NCBI GenBank assembly: GCA_016187335.1
Contig: JACPJW010000001.1
Location: forward strand, 640,001 to 704,000
DNA length: 64,000 bases
Source of the DNA: Candidatus Aenigmatarchaeota archaeon
Lineage (GTDB): Archaea > Aenigmatarchaeota > Aenigmatarchaeia > GW2011-AR5
Reading direction: 5' to 3'
Shown here: one piece after another, positions 35,521 through 44,658 of the stretch
How the letters are laid out: every line of letters starts with the position of its first letter
Numbering within the stretch: the stretch's first letter is position 1
Notes under the pieces: model-generated
Database searches by the model: none
Told to the model about the DNA's origin: nothing
What the model saw: only the letters and a program-made list of their open reading frames with translations
Position numbers and translations under genes: made by a program

Positions 35521-35736
35521 ATGGAAAGAAAAGAGCTGCTGATGACGCTGATGATAGGCGTGCTTCTGCTCACGACAGCCATGCAGACAGTAGCTTTGGC
35601 AAGTTTGAGCAACGGACAGGTAGTGGTAAGAGGCAAAGCAGTTGCAAGCAGCCCGGCACCAAGCTCAAGCGCGCCGTCGACAGGCGGTTCGGCATCTAGC
35701 TTAGCGAACTTGCCAAGCATGGTAGGCGGCTGCTAG
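35521..35736 (+). CDS. Small anchored protein ending in LPSMVGGC
   Basis: SD AGGAGG; TM, Ser/Pro linker, terminal MVGGC. Confidence 0.8.
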   Translation: MERKELLMTLMIGVLLLTTAMQTVALASLSNGQVVVRGKAVASSPAPSSSAPSTGGSASSLANLPSMVGGC

Positions 35737-35759
35737 CTGAAACGCATGGTTGATGACGA

Positions 35760-37163
35760 ATGGGCAACAAAACATTAGACATTATTTTATATATTTTTAT
35801 AGCGTTAGCAGTTGTACTTTCTGTCGTAAATTTTTCGCTTATATCTGCCCGAAGCGAAAAAGTAAAGGAAGCTGTTCTGTTGGCTGAAAAAGAAAACAAG
35901 CCGGCTAAATTGGAATTGATAAAAATTATCTCTTCTTCTTGCCAGGATTGTTTCGATATAAATCCTGTTATTGAAACCCTCAAGAAAGCGAACGTCAACG
36001 TCACTTCTGAAAAAACTATAGATTTTTCTTCGCAGGAAGCAAAGCAGCTTATAAGTCAGTACAACATAGAAAAGCTTCCTACTGTTGTAGTTCTGGGTGA
36101 AGTCAATAAATCTTCCGTAGTCAATTTATGGAACCAGAACTGGTACGTTGAAATGGCTGACGGCACGCAGGTTTTAGCTGTTTATTCTGCCGTGGCTCCA
36201 CCTTATGTGGACGCAGCATCCGGTGATTTCAGGGGTCTTGTAGCCTTAACGCATATTTTAGACGAATCGTGTCCGGATTGCGCAGACCTTATGCAGGTAA
36301 TAAGCTTCTTCAAGCAGCAGAATGTCAAGTTCTCAAGCGAGAAAACAATTGACTATACTTCTCAAGAAGCCAAAGACCTAATAGCTAAGTTTGAGGTGCA
36401 GAAAGTTCCAGCTTTGATTATCTCTAAGGATATTCTAGATTACCCAGCTATATCTCAAGTATGGGATCAGCTAAATACCAGTGAGAAGCAAGGTTTCTAT
36501 GCGCTGCACACAACCGTTCCGCCATATAGGGATTTGGCCACAAACAAAATTGAAGGGTTGGTAACTGTAATTTACCTTAATGACAGCACATGTGCAAGCT
36601 GCTACGATGTCCAGATTAACAGGCAGATTCTGGAAAGAAACTTTGGAGTGGTAATTGCAAACGAGACAACTGATGATATAAATTCTGAAAACGGCAGATC
36701 GTTAGTAAAGCAGTACAACATAACAAAGGTTCCTATAATGCTTGCTTCCCCTGATGCCAGCGTGTATGCAGCCTTTACTGAGATCTGGCAACAGGTTGGG
36801 AATGTCGCTAAAGACGGATGGTATGTAATGAGAAAGCCGGAAGTTTTGGGAACTTACAAGGATCTAGCCAAGGGAATTGTTGTGAATGAGGTAACTGTTT
36901 ATGCAGGCGAATTTGAATTCCAGCCAAATGCTATCGAGGTCAAGAAAGGTGAAACTGTTCGGCTGACTTTCATAAACGCGGGGACAGTTGAGCATGACTT
37001 TGTTATAGACGAGCTAAATGTAAGAACAAAACGCTTGCAGCCGAGAACATTAGAGACTATAGAATTTGTGGCGGACAAAAGCGGCGCGTTTTCATTCTAC
37101 TGTTCCGTTGAAGGCCATAGGCAGCAGGGTATGGAAGGATCTATTACTATAAGCCAGGTGTGA
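35760..37163 (+). CDS. Three CxxC thioredoxin-like repeats fused to a type-1 cupredoxin
   Basis: CQDC, CPDC, CASC repeats each followed by EA..LI..YNI.K.P; HDF...FYCSVEGHRQQGM. Confidence 0.85.
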   Translation: MGNKTLDIILYIFIALAVVLSVVNFSLISARSEKVKEAVLLAEKENKPAKLELIKIISSSCQDCFDINPVIETLKKANVNVTSEKTIDFSSQEAKQLISQYNIEKLPTVVVLGEVNKSSVVNLWNQNWYVEMADGTQVLAVYSAVAPPYVDAASGDFRGLVALTHILDESCPDCADLMQVISFFKQQNVKFSSEKTIDYTSQEAKDLIAKFEVQKVPALIISKDILDYPAISQVWDQLNTSEKQGFYALHTTVPPYRDLATNKIEGLVTVIYLNDSTCASCYDVQINRQILERNFGVVIANETTDDINSENGRSLVKQYNITKVPIMLASPDASVYAAFTEIWQQVGNVAKDGWYVMRKPEVLGTYKDLAKGIVVNEVTVYAGEFEFQPNAIEVKKGETVRLTFINAGTVEHDFVIDELNVRTKRLQPRTLETIEFVADKSGAFSFYCSVEGHRQQGMEGSITISQV

Positions 37164-37167
37164 GCAA

Positions 37168-37650
37168 ATGGGGGTCGCAAAGCCAAAATCCAATGTAGTT
37201 CTAGGCGCAGTCGTAATAGCCGCTGTGTTTGTTGCAGGACTGATTTACGTTCAATTCACAAAGCAGAATGAAGTAGCGGATAATTACCAAGTTGCACCAC
37301 CCGAAGAAGTCGTTAGGCAATATTTTACGTCGTGGAACAATAGAGACTGGCCCAATATGTACGCAACTTTGTCAGACGGATTCAAGAAAATTGATCCCAA
37401 TGCTAAAGACTTAGCTGCATTCAGAAACTTTGCAAGCTCTCAAGGTATAGAAGGCGTTAACATAATAAGCATAAAAGAAGAGTCTAATGACGGAACTACA
37501 GCTAGCGTTGTATATTCTATTGAATTCACATTATCAAATGGAAGCAAGAGGCCGTTCAGCGATAGATTTACACTGAAATTCAGGCAAGGCGACATCATTC
37601 CCGGCTGGAAGCTTATTCACCCGTACGGCCCCAACATTGATACTTCGTAG
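37168..37650 (+). CDS. Membrane-anchored NTF2-like protein
   Basis: TM, then PEEVVRQYFTSWNNRDWPNMY and C-terminal GWKL. Confidence 0.7.
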   Translation: MGVAKPKSNVVLGAVVIAAVFVAGLIYVQFTKQNEVADNYQVAPPEEVVRQYFTSWNNRDWPNMYATLSDGFKKIDPNAKDLAAFRNFASSQGIEGVNIISIKEESNDGTTASVVYSIEFTLSNGSKRPFSDRFTLKFRQGDIIPGWKLIHPYGPNIDTS

Positions 37651-37732
37651 GCGATTGGATGAAGAGCAAACTAGTAAAACATATCGGCATGATGACATCA
37701 TTTTGTTGATAATTAACGCAAGAGGTAAAAAT

Positions 37733-38485
37733 ATGGACAATACAGAAAAATTTGCTTTTGGGTTTCTTGGAATAGCATCTATAATAGCGGTATTCGCAAT
37801 GCTCTCTGCGTTTAATATCGTACAGCTCAATTCAAATCCAGCAACAGGAAATTCTGTCCAGAATTCAATGGGCCAGCGGTTAACAAGAATGAGCTTGTCG
37901 CCTTTCGATGTCCAGCTTGCGAAGCAGTTCATGGACAAGAACGGCGACGGCAAATGCGATGTATGCGGCATGGATGTGCAGATATGCATAGACAGCGGGC
38001 AGATGCAGTGCAATATGGATTCCAAATCTACTATAGGTGTTCTAGGCTCGCAGCATATTCATGCTGACTGGAAAATATATATAAACGGCAAAGAATTAGA
38101 CGATAATTTTTTTGACTCTATAGCTATGAACATGTCAAATGAAAACAATGGCATATCGAGCAGTTTCATACATGTTGACAAAGGCGCGCCTTCACCGGAA
38201 AAAACAGGTAATGTATTGCATATGCATGCTACCGGAGTGCCATTATGGATATTCTTCAAAAGCGTGGGAATGGATTTCAATAAAGACTGCCTGTCGCTTT
38301 CAGATGGACAAAAATTCTGCAACGCTGGGGAAAATACTTTGAAATTCTATGTAAACGGAAAGCCTAACAGCGAATGGGAAAAATATGTTTTCAACGATCT
38401 GGACAAGATTCTGATTTCATATGGAGAAGAAACAGACCTGAGCCAGCAGCTGAATTCAATAACGGATTTCGCAAAGAGTCATTGA
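37733..38485 (+). CDS. Membrane-anchored His-motif protein (paralog 2) with DKNGDGKCDVC segment
   Basis: HIHA...FIHV...LHMH...FYVNGK...DLDKILISY; SD GAGGT before ATG 37733. Confidence 0.8.
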   Translation: MDNTEKFAFGFLGIASIIAVFAMLSAFNIVQLNSNPATGNSVQNSMGQRLTRMSLSPFDVQLAKQFMDKNGDGKCDVCGMDVQICIDSGQMQCNMDSKSTIGVLGSQHIHADWKIYINGKELDDNFFDSIAMNMSNENNGISSSFIHVDKGAPSPEKTGNVLHMHATGVPLWIFFKSVGMDFNKDCLSLSDGQKFCNAGENTLKFYVNGKPNSEWEKYVFNDLDKILISYGEETDLSQQLNSITDFAKSH

Positions 38486-38491
38486 TACTTT

Positions 38492-38950
38492 ATGAAAAGG
38501 AAAAATAGTAGCAAGGCGCATAAAGAAAAATTTCTCAGCATGTTTAGTGGGCTTTCAGGTAGCTTGAGCTTTCTGGGCGGATGGCAGGTTTGCCATAATT
38601 TATGCCTAGGTATTATAGCTCTGCTGTCAGTGGTGGGCATAGCAGTAGTTGGCATGCCGTTTTTGTTTTTAACGCAGTACGCTGTATATTTCTGGTCGCT
38701 AGCTGCATTGCTTCTTGTACCTACGCTTATATTGTACTGGAAAAACAGAAAATGCATCTCCGCGAATCTGATACTGTTTAACATAGGCATTGTAATCGCA
38801 AGCGTGCCTTTTGCGCAGCTGCAGGCTTATCAAGTAGCATTCTGGCTAGTTGGCGGCGTTTTAATTGCATCTTCTGTGTGGATGTTTGTAAAGCCGAAGT
38901 TTCAAAAGAACAATAAAAATTTAGCTTCTGGTGCTATTTCAGCGCCTTGA
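38492..38950 (+). CDS. Small multi-TM protein with CHNLC motif (MerC/MerT-like layout)
   Basis: GGWQVCHNLCLG in the first TM; about 4 TM segments. Confidence 0.7.
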   Translation: MKRKNSSKAHKEKFLSMFSGLSGSLSFLGGWQVCHNLCLGIIALLSVVGIAVVGMPFLFLTQYAVYFWSLAALLLVPTLILYWKNRKCISANLILFNIGIVIASVPFAQLQAYQVAFWLVGGVLIASSVWMFVKPKFQKNNKNLASGAISAP

Positions 38951-39068
38951 GCAGAAGTTTTCGCGCTTCTGGCGTCAATGACTTCCTGAGATTCTTCGTG
39001 CATATACAGACGCAGCAGTCGCATGCAGGACAGACACCGCCCGTGCAGCATGATTTTCTTCGTGTCAT
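38934..39068 (-). CDS. 44-aa metallothionein-like microprotein
   Basis: MTRRKSCCTGGVCPACDCCVCICTKNLRKSLTPEARKLLLKALK; SD GGAGGTTG. Confidence 0.75.
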   Translation of the reverse strand: MTRRKSCCTGGVCPACDCCVCICTKNLRKSLTPEARKLLLKALK

Positions 39069-39095
39069 AGCATCAACCTCCTTTGAGCAAAAATA

Positions 39096-39938
39096 TTACG
39101 GGAAAAATAAGGCAACAAATTGCTTAGCGTAAAGCACTGTAATTATGATGAATAACCCAGCCAGCATGAGAACGATTGCGGATATTTTTAGTATCTTATG
39201 GCTCGACTCGCGCAGGAAATTTATCTTAGCGGTGCCGACAAGAAGAGAAACCGTCAGCATCAAAATTCCCATTGTCAGCGAATAAATAACAAAAGCCAAA
39301 AGCGCAGCATTAAACCCGCTAGCCAACGCAAGGACAATCAATCCAGCAAGAATAGGGCCGGTGCAGCCTATATTTCCCAAGTTATAACCGAACCCGTAGA
39401 AGAAATAATTCTCTGAGCTCTTTTTTCCCGAAACAAATTTATGACTTATGCTTTTGAACAGTTGCCCCTGTACTGAAATATGAAAGAATTGCAGTACGCC
39501 AAGGATGAACAAAATTCCGCCTACTATTGCCCTTATTGTCAGAGTAATACCCGAAAGCTGGCCGCTTTCTGCAACCGAAAAGGCAGACCCAATTCCCAGG
39601 CCAATGAAGGCAAGAATAACGCCCAGAATTATGTTGAATGAGACTAATCCTGCCGATGCCAAAACCCCGTTTCTAAAAATAGCACCCTTGTGTAAGTTCT
39701 TGCCCTTCCCGTATAGTGAGAGGTATGCTGGCAGCAAACCGAAAGAGCATGGGGAAAAGAATGTTGCCAGGCCTGCAAATACTGCAACAATCATCAGAGG
39801 CAGCACGCCCAAAGTAGCCATATTTTTTGCGAATTCAAGAAAGCCAAAATACCCTGCAACCGTGATTGCTATCAATACTGCGAGGAATACTACATATAAG
39901 CCAGCTTGTCCCTTGGCATCTGAACCCATAAAAATCAC
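39096..39938 (-). CDS. ccdA: CcdA-family membrane protein
   Basis: FFSPCSFGLLP and NIGCTGP. Confidence 0.85.
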   Translation of the reverse strand: MIFMGSDAKGQAGLYVVFLAVLIAITVAGYFGFLEFAKNMATLGVLPLMIVAVFAGLATFFSPCSFGLLPAYLSLYGKGKNLHKGAIFRNGVLASAGLVSFNIILGVILAFIGLGIGSAFSVAESGQLSGITLTIRAIVGGILFILGVLQFFHISVQGQLFKSISHKFVSGKKSSENYFFYGFGYNLGNIGCTGPILAGLIVLALASGFNAALLAFVIYSLTMGILMLTVSLLVGTAKINFLRESSHKILKISAIVLMLAGLFIIITVLYAKQFVALFFP

Positions 39939-39998
39939 GCTTTAATAGTTTCTTTTGTATACTATTAGTGTTGTATGAAATATAAGGCAGGCAGTTTC

Positions 39999-40367
39999 AT
40001 GGCAGAAACCAGTTTACGCGCAGTAACTAATGGAAAAGAATGCAAAATGGTAGGCGGCGGCTATTGCCCAAAGCCCCTGGAAATCGCTGCTTCTTTCCTC
40101 AGTAGGAAGTGGACGCTAAGCATAATAGTAACGATAGGAAATTTCGGCTCGCTAAGGTTCAACGATTTGCTCAGGCGAATTGAAGGTATAACACAGAAAA
40201 CATTGTCCGAAAGGCTGAAAGAGCTTGAGCGGCACAATATAATAATCCGTCGCGCTTTCAATGAAAAGCCTCCCCGTGTCGAATATTCGCTTACGCCAAA
40301 CGGTCATAATGTTCGAAAAGCTGTTTTGCCGCTTCTGAAACTTGCTGAAAAAAAACACTTTCATTAA
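39999..40367 (+). CDS. HxlR-family transcriptional regulator
   Basis: YCP..IAASFLSRKWTLSII, LRFNDL, LSERLKELE, PPRVEYSLT. Confidence 0.9.
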   Translation: MAETSLRAVTNGKECKMVGGGYCPKPLEIAASFLSRKWTLSIIVTIGNFGSLRFNDLLRRIEGITQKTLSERLKELERHNIIIRRAFNEKPPRVEYSLTPNGHNVRKAVLPLLKLAEKKHFH

Positions 40368-40448
40368 AAGAAACGCTTAAACATTACATATTTAAACATC
40401 CGATGCAATTTTATTCAATTCAAATTTTTGTAAAGGTTATGTGATAAA

Positions 40449-40529
40449 ATGGCTGAAGATTCAATAACCTTCAAGAAAAGCACGGTCCAGCTTATCGCTG
40501 TTCTCGTTGTCGGCTTGATTATAGGATAA
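40449..40529 (+). pseudogene. Truncated membrane-anchor ORF (MAEDSITFKKSTVQLIAVLVVGLIIG)
   Basis: SD-like GTGAT; stops right after the TM helix; frame stays open briefly past the TAA. Confidence 0.35.
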
Positions 40530-40611
40530 CCCAATACTGGGATGAGTCCGACATATGCGGCAACTGAGCTGTTTAAAAATTTTGGCATTAATCTAAGCAA
40601 AGAGACAAATT

Positions 40612-41298
40612 ATGGAAGAAAAAGAAGAAAAACACCAATGCAGTGAATGCGGAAAGGAGTTCAGCGCGGCGGAAGGTCTGGCGCAGCACATGCGCGACAA
40701 GCATTCGGCAATGACCAGCCATGAACTCAAGGAACAGCGCAAAAAAGAGAGGGAAGATCAGCTGAAAAAAGAAAAGGATAAGTCGGAGCGCTCAAAGCTG
40801 ACTAGAAAGATCCTGATTGTCGGCGGTGCTTTTCTTTTACTGTCAGGGCTGATTTACGCTTTTCTTGTCCTTAGCAAAGGCGGCGGCGAATCGCGCCTTG
40901 CCGACGAGGAATATATCCTGCGTACCAATCTGAGGACGCACAGCGGCGTAAGCATGCACATACATCCCCATTTGATAATAATCGCAAACAACGAAAACGT
41001 GAATATACCGGCTGAGATAGGCATTGAAGGCGGCATAATGAGAGTTATACATACCCATGACGCAACAGGAACAATTCATCTGGAATCGCCGGTTCCTAAG
41101 GACTTCACTTTAGGCCAATTCTTCTTCGTGTGGTCGCGAACCAGCGGCGAGCCGAAAGTATTCAATTCGTCTTGCATCCTCAGCTATTGCAATAACGGAA
41201 CGAAGGCGGTGAAGATGTTCGTGAACGGCAAAGAAAGCGACGAATACGAGAATTACATCATGCACGATCTGGACAGGATAGAGATAAGATACGAATAA
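40612..41298 (+). CDS. C2H2 zinc finger + TM + His-motif domain (paralog 3)
   Basis: CSECGKEF...HMRDKH; HIHPH...IHTHDATGTIHLESP...TLGQFF...MFVNGK...DLDRIEIRY. Confidence 0.82.
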   Translation: MEEKEEKHQCSECGKEFSAAEGLAQHMRDKHSAMTSHELKEQRKKEREDQLKKEKDKSERSKLTRKILIVGGAFLLLSGLIYAFLVLSKGGGESRLADEEYILRTNLRTHSGVSMHIHPHLIIIANNENVNIPAEIGIEGGIMRVIHTHDATGTIHLESPVPKDFTLGQFFFVWSRTSGEPKVFNSSCILSYCNNGTKAVKMFVNGKESDEYENYIMHDLDRIEIRYE

Positions 41299-41336
41299 GC
41301 TTATAAATCTTAAAGCGATAAACAAAGTGATTTCAA

Positions 41337-41804
41337 ATGGGAGCAGACTTTGACAGAATTGCTGTGCAACATCCTTGCCCAAGATGCAATAACGCGATGC
41401 CTGAGTATCAAACCGGTCAATTGGGCGGTAAGATGCGTGTATATAGACTGGGAGAAAGAATTTACGCTGTTAACCAATCAGATTTTCGCAGATTAGAAGA
41501 TATACCTGATTTTGAATTTCATCTTTATGATGTATGTGGTTTATGTTTAATAACGATAGAAGGAGACGGTATTGTAAGAGGTAATAAATTATGGAGTATC
41601 ATAGAGAAAGGATACAGGGATGAACGTGCATCGCCGATAATCGACTACGATCATCCTATGGAAGTACCCGAACGTTACACAATAGAAACAGTTCTTATAG
41701 GAGAAAAACCGGCTAAAGTAAGAGTTCCCGTGGGTAAAAAAATTGTTTATCCACAGGAACAGCCGTTTATTCCTAACGAAAGAGTTATCGCGACTCTTGA
41801 ATGA
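41337..41804 (+). CDS. Hypothetical protein with two CxxC motifs
   Basis: CPRC and CGLC. Confidence 0.6.
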   Translation: MGADFDRIAVQHPCPRCNNAMPEYQTGQLGGKMRVYRLGERIYAVNQSDFRRLEDIPDFEFHLYDVCGLCLITIEGDGIVRGNKLWSIIEKGYRDERASPIIDYDHPMEVPERYTIETVLIGEKPAKVRVPVGKKIVYPQEQPFIPNERVIATLE

Positions 41805-41849
41805 ACTTTTTCTTTACCCTTTTATACTTTGTTTTCCATTTTATTATCC

Positions 41850-42350
41850 ATGCGTGGATTGTATAAAGAGCAGCGCGTTGGCATTTTTGTCGATGTCCAG
41901 AACCTCTACTATTCTGCAAAGAACCTTTACCGTGCGAAGATAAACTATAACGGCATTTTGAAAGAAGCGATGAACGGCCGCACACTGATACGTGCGCTGG
42001 CTTACGTGATAAGGGCTGCCATTGAGGAGGAGAAAACCTTTTTCGATGCGCTGGAAAAGATAGGCTTTGAATTAAAGGCAAAGGATTTGCAGATATTCTA
42101 CGGCGGAATGAAGAAAGGCGACTGGGACGTCGGCATAGCGATGGATGCCATAGAGCTTGCGCCAAAGCTTGACGTTATAGTCCTTGTTTCCGGCGACGGC
42201 GATTATTTGCCGCTTCTGGAGCACCTGAAGCGCTCGTCGGGCTGCAAGGTCGAGGTCATGGCTTTCGGCCGCTCGGCAAGCAGCAAGCTCAAAGAGGCTG
42301 CAGACGAGTTCGTGGACCTGGACGCCGCGCCTGCGAAATATCTGAGATAG
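41850..42350 (+). CDS. NYN-domain (LabA/DUF88) protein
   Basis: IFVDVQNLY, KKGDWDVGIAMD, LVSGDGDY, ADEFVDL. Confidence 0.9.
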   Translation: MRGLYKEQRVGIFVDVQNLYYSAKNLYRAKINYNGILKEAMNGRTLIRALAYVIRAAIEEEKTFFDALEKIGFELKAKDLQIFYGGMKKGDWDVGIAMDAIELAPKLDVIVLVSGDGDYLPLLEHLKRSSGCKVEVMAFGRSASSKLKEAADEFVDLDAAPAKYLR

Positions 42351-42507
42351 GAAAATCTAAAAGCAAGGGATTTTTCCTAGTTTGCATTAGATTAGTTTAT
42401 GCGTTATAAAATATGCCTGAAGCAAAAAGGAAATTTCTGAAAACATTAAAAAAGCTTAAATTGCTTCTCTTCTTAATTAGAATTGCAAATTATTCTTTGG
42501 TGCAATT

Positions 42508-43521
42508 ATGCCAGAACACATTCACGCAGCCAGCAAAACAAAATGGGACGTTGTAATCATCGGCGCAGGCTCTGCAGGTCTCACTGCAGCGGTTTATACC
42601 TGCAGGAAAAAGCTGTCCACGCTGATTTTAAGCGTTGACGTAGGCGGTCAGACAATCCTGACAAACCATATTGAGAATTATCCAGGCTTTTTCAAAGAGA
42701 CACCCGGCTATCCGTCCGGGCCAAAACTTATGCAGATTTTTGAGGAGCAGGCAAAGCATTTCGGCGCAGAGATAATAATGGGCAAGGTGACGAAGGTAGA
42801 GGTTGTGAATGAAAGCCCCACGCCGGAAAATCCTTACAAGTTTGTTCTGGAATTAAGCAACGGCGAGCGGTACGAAGCAAGGGTTGTTTTGCTGGCATAC
42901 GGCAAGGTTCCCCGCGAGCTTGGCATCCCCGGCGAGAAAAAGTTCATAGGCCGCGGCGTCAGCACGTGCGCAACATGCGACGCTCCCTTATTTAGAAACA
43001 AAAACGTTGCTGTTATAGGCGGCGGCAACTCAGCTGTTGAGGCCGCTGAGCTTTTGACAAAGTTCGCCAGCAAGGTTTACCTCGTCCATCGGAGGGACCA
43101 GTTCCGCGCTGACGAAATAACCATGGACAAGGTAAAGGCGTCGCCGAAAGTAGAACTTGTTTTAAACAGCATGCCTGCAGAAATCAAAGGCGACAAGTTT
43201 GTAAGCGGTCTGGTTGTCCAGAATGTCAATACTCAGGAAACAAGAGAACTTCCTGTTCACGGTGTTTTCGTCGAGATCGGCTATATCGTGGTGACGGATT
43301 TTGTCAAAGATTATGTCGAGGTGAACAAGGCCAATGAAATTGTCGTTAATGAAAACTGCGAGACGAGGACGCCCGGTTTGTTCTCGGCAGGTGATTTAAC
43401 AAACATACCGTTCAAGCAGACCATAACTTCCGCAGGCCAGGGCGCGATAGCCGGCTTGTCCGCCTACAACTACCTGATGCGCCTGCAGGGCAAGGCAGGC
43501 ATTAAGGCTGATTGGGCTTGA
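42508..43521 (+). CDS. trxB: Thioredoxin-disulfide reductase (copy 2)
   Basis: GAGSAG, IENYPG, CATCD, GGGNSA, FSAGD. Confidence 0.92.
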   Translation: MPEHIHAASKTKWDVVIIGAGSAGLTAAVYTCRKKLSTLILSVDVGGQTILTNHIENYPGFFKETPGYPSGPKLMQIFEEQAKHFGAEIIMGKVTKVEVVNESPTPENPYKFVLELSNGERYEARVVLLAYGKVPRELGIPGEKKFIGRGVSTCATCDAPLFRNKNVAVIGGGNSAVEAAELLTKFASKVYLVHRRDQFRADEITMDKVKASPKVELVLNSMPAEIKGDKFVSGLVVQNVNTQETRELPVHGVFVEIGYIVVTDFVKDYVEVNKANEIVVNENCETRTPGLFSAGDLTNIPFKQTITSAGQGAIAGLSAYNYLMRLQGKAGIKADWA

Positions 43522-43548
43522 TTTAAAACTTGAAAACTATTTTTATCC

Positions 43549-43917
43549 ATGAAACTGGCACTGGAATTCCGTAAAAGAATTCCTTTTCTGAGGCTTATTC
43601 CAGATAAAGTATATTTTGACTTGAACTTTGACGAATTCTTTCTCCCGGATGATGAAATCAATGAACTTCGGAAAAGCCTTGAATCAATGCTGAATCATTA
43701 TGTCATGACTTACAAGACAAATGGATTTGACGATAAAATGCCCAAAGAAAAACACCTGTGCTTCAACCTGGAAATAGCAGAATTGAATGTCAGGCAGATG
43801 AAAATTTTAAGCGATTTTGAAAGTATTGCTAAAAGAAAAGGCGTCAGTTTTTGCGTCTATCGAAAGCCGCTTAAACTGGTCCCACAAATTGACTTAAAAG
43901 CTTTCCCGCGTTATTAA
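43549..43917 (+). CDS. Hypothetical protein
   Basis: 122-aa ORF between trxB and sod; no recognised motif. Confidence 0.5.
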   Translation: MKLALEFRKRIPFLRLIPDKVYFDLNFDEFFLPDDEINELRKSLESMLNHYVMTYKTNGFDDKMPKEKHLCFNLEIAELNVRQMKILSDFESIAKRKGVSFCVYRKPLKLVPQIDLKAFPRY

Positions 43918-43946
43918 AGAAATATTATCAAAAGGATGGTGATATT

Positions 43947-44549
43947 ATGGCACATGTATTGAAAGAACTTCCTTGGGACCCGAAGAAAGTCACGTGCGTT
44001 TCGCAGCAGGTCGTGCAGTGGCACCACGGCACGCATCACGCTGGTTACGTAAAAAAGCGCAATGAAATTGAGGAAAAGATAGATAAATTCGACAAAGCCG
44101 CTGCCAATGCAAATTATTCTGATTGGGGCGAGCTGAAGCGCAGAGAAACCTTTAACGCTTCCGGCATTATACTGCACGAGATATACTGGGAAAACATGGG
44201 CGGCGACGGCAAACACGACATGGACGCTGAAATTGTGAAGGCAATCATTCATTCTTTCGGTTCTTTCGAGAAGTGGAAAGAGGATTTCGTTGCCACGGCA
44301 AAAGCAAGCTTAGGCTGGGCAATATTGTGCTGGGACCCGTCTGACGGCAAGCTGCACAACTTCCTGGTTGATTTCCACAACAACGGCGCTGTGTGGGGTT
44401 CCGTGCCGTTAATAGCCATAGACGTTTTTGAGCACGCATACTACCATGATTACGGGCCGGACAGGGCGAAATACATAGAAGCTTTCCTGAACAATCTGGA
44501 CTGGGCAGCAATCAACGACAGGTTCAGGAAGAACGTGCCGAAACATTGA
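43947..44549 (+). CDS. sod: Fe/Mn superoxide dismutase
   Basis: WHHGTHHAGYV, LHEIYW, DVFEHAYY. Confidence 0.93.
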   Translation: MAHVLKELPWDPKKVTCVSQQVVQWHHGTHHAGYVKKRNEIEEKIDKFDKAAANANYSDWGELKRRETFNASGIILHEIYWENMGGDGKHDMDAEIVKAIIHSFGSFEKWKEDFVATAKASLGWAILCWDPSDGKLHNFLVDFHNNGAVWGSVPLIAIDVFEHAYYHDYGPDRAKYIEAFLNNLDWAAINDRFRKNVPKH

Positions 44550-44658
44550 AAAGAGAGGACTGAATAATGAATTAAAGCGGAAAAGAAAAGGCGAATTTCA
44601 TTTTTAAATCAACCTTTACGTTCTGCCTTAATAAAATTTATTTTTTGGTGGTCTTTTC

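Noticed and set aside
42481-42507. AATTGCA-N13-TGCAATT upstream of trxB
   Set aside because: Short AT-rich repeat with no second instance or assignable regulator
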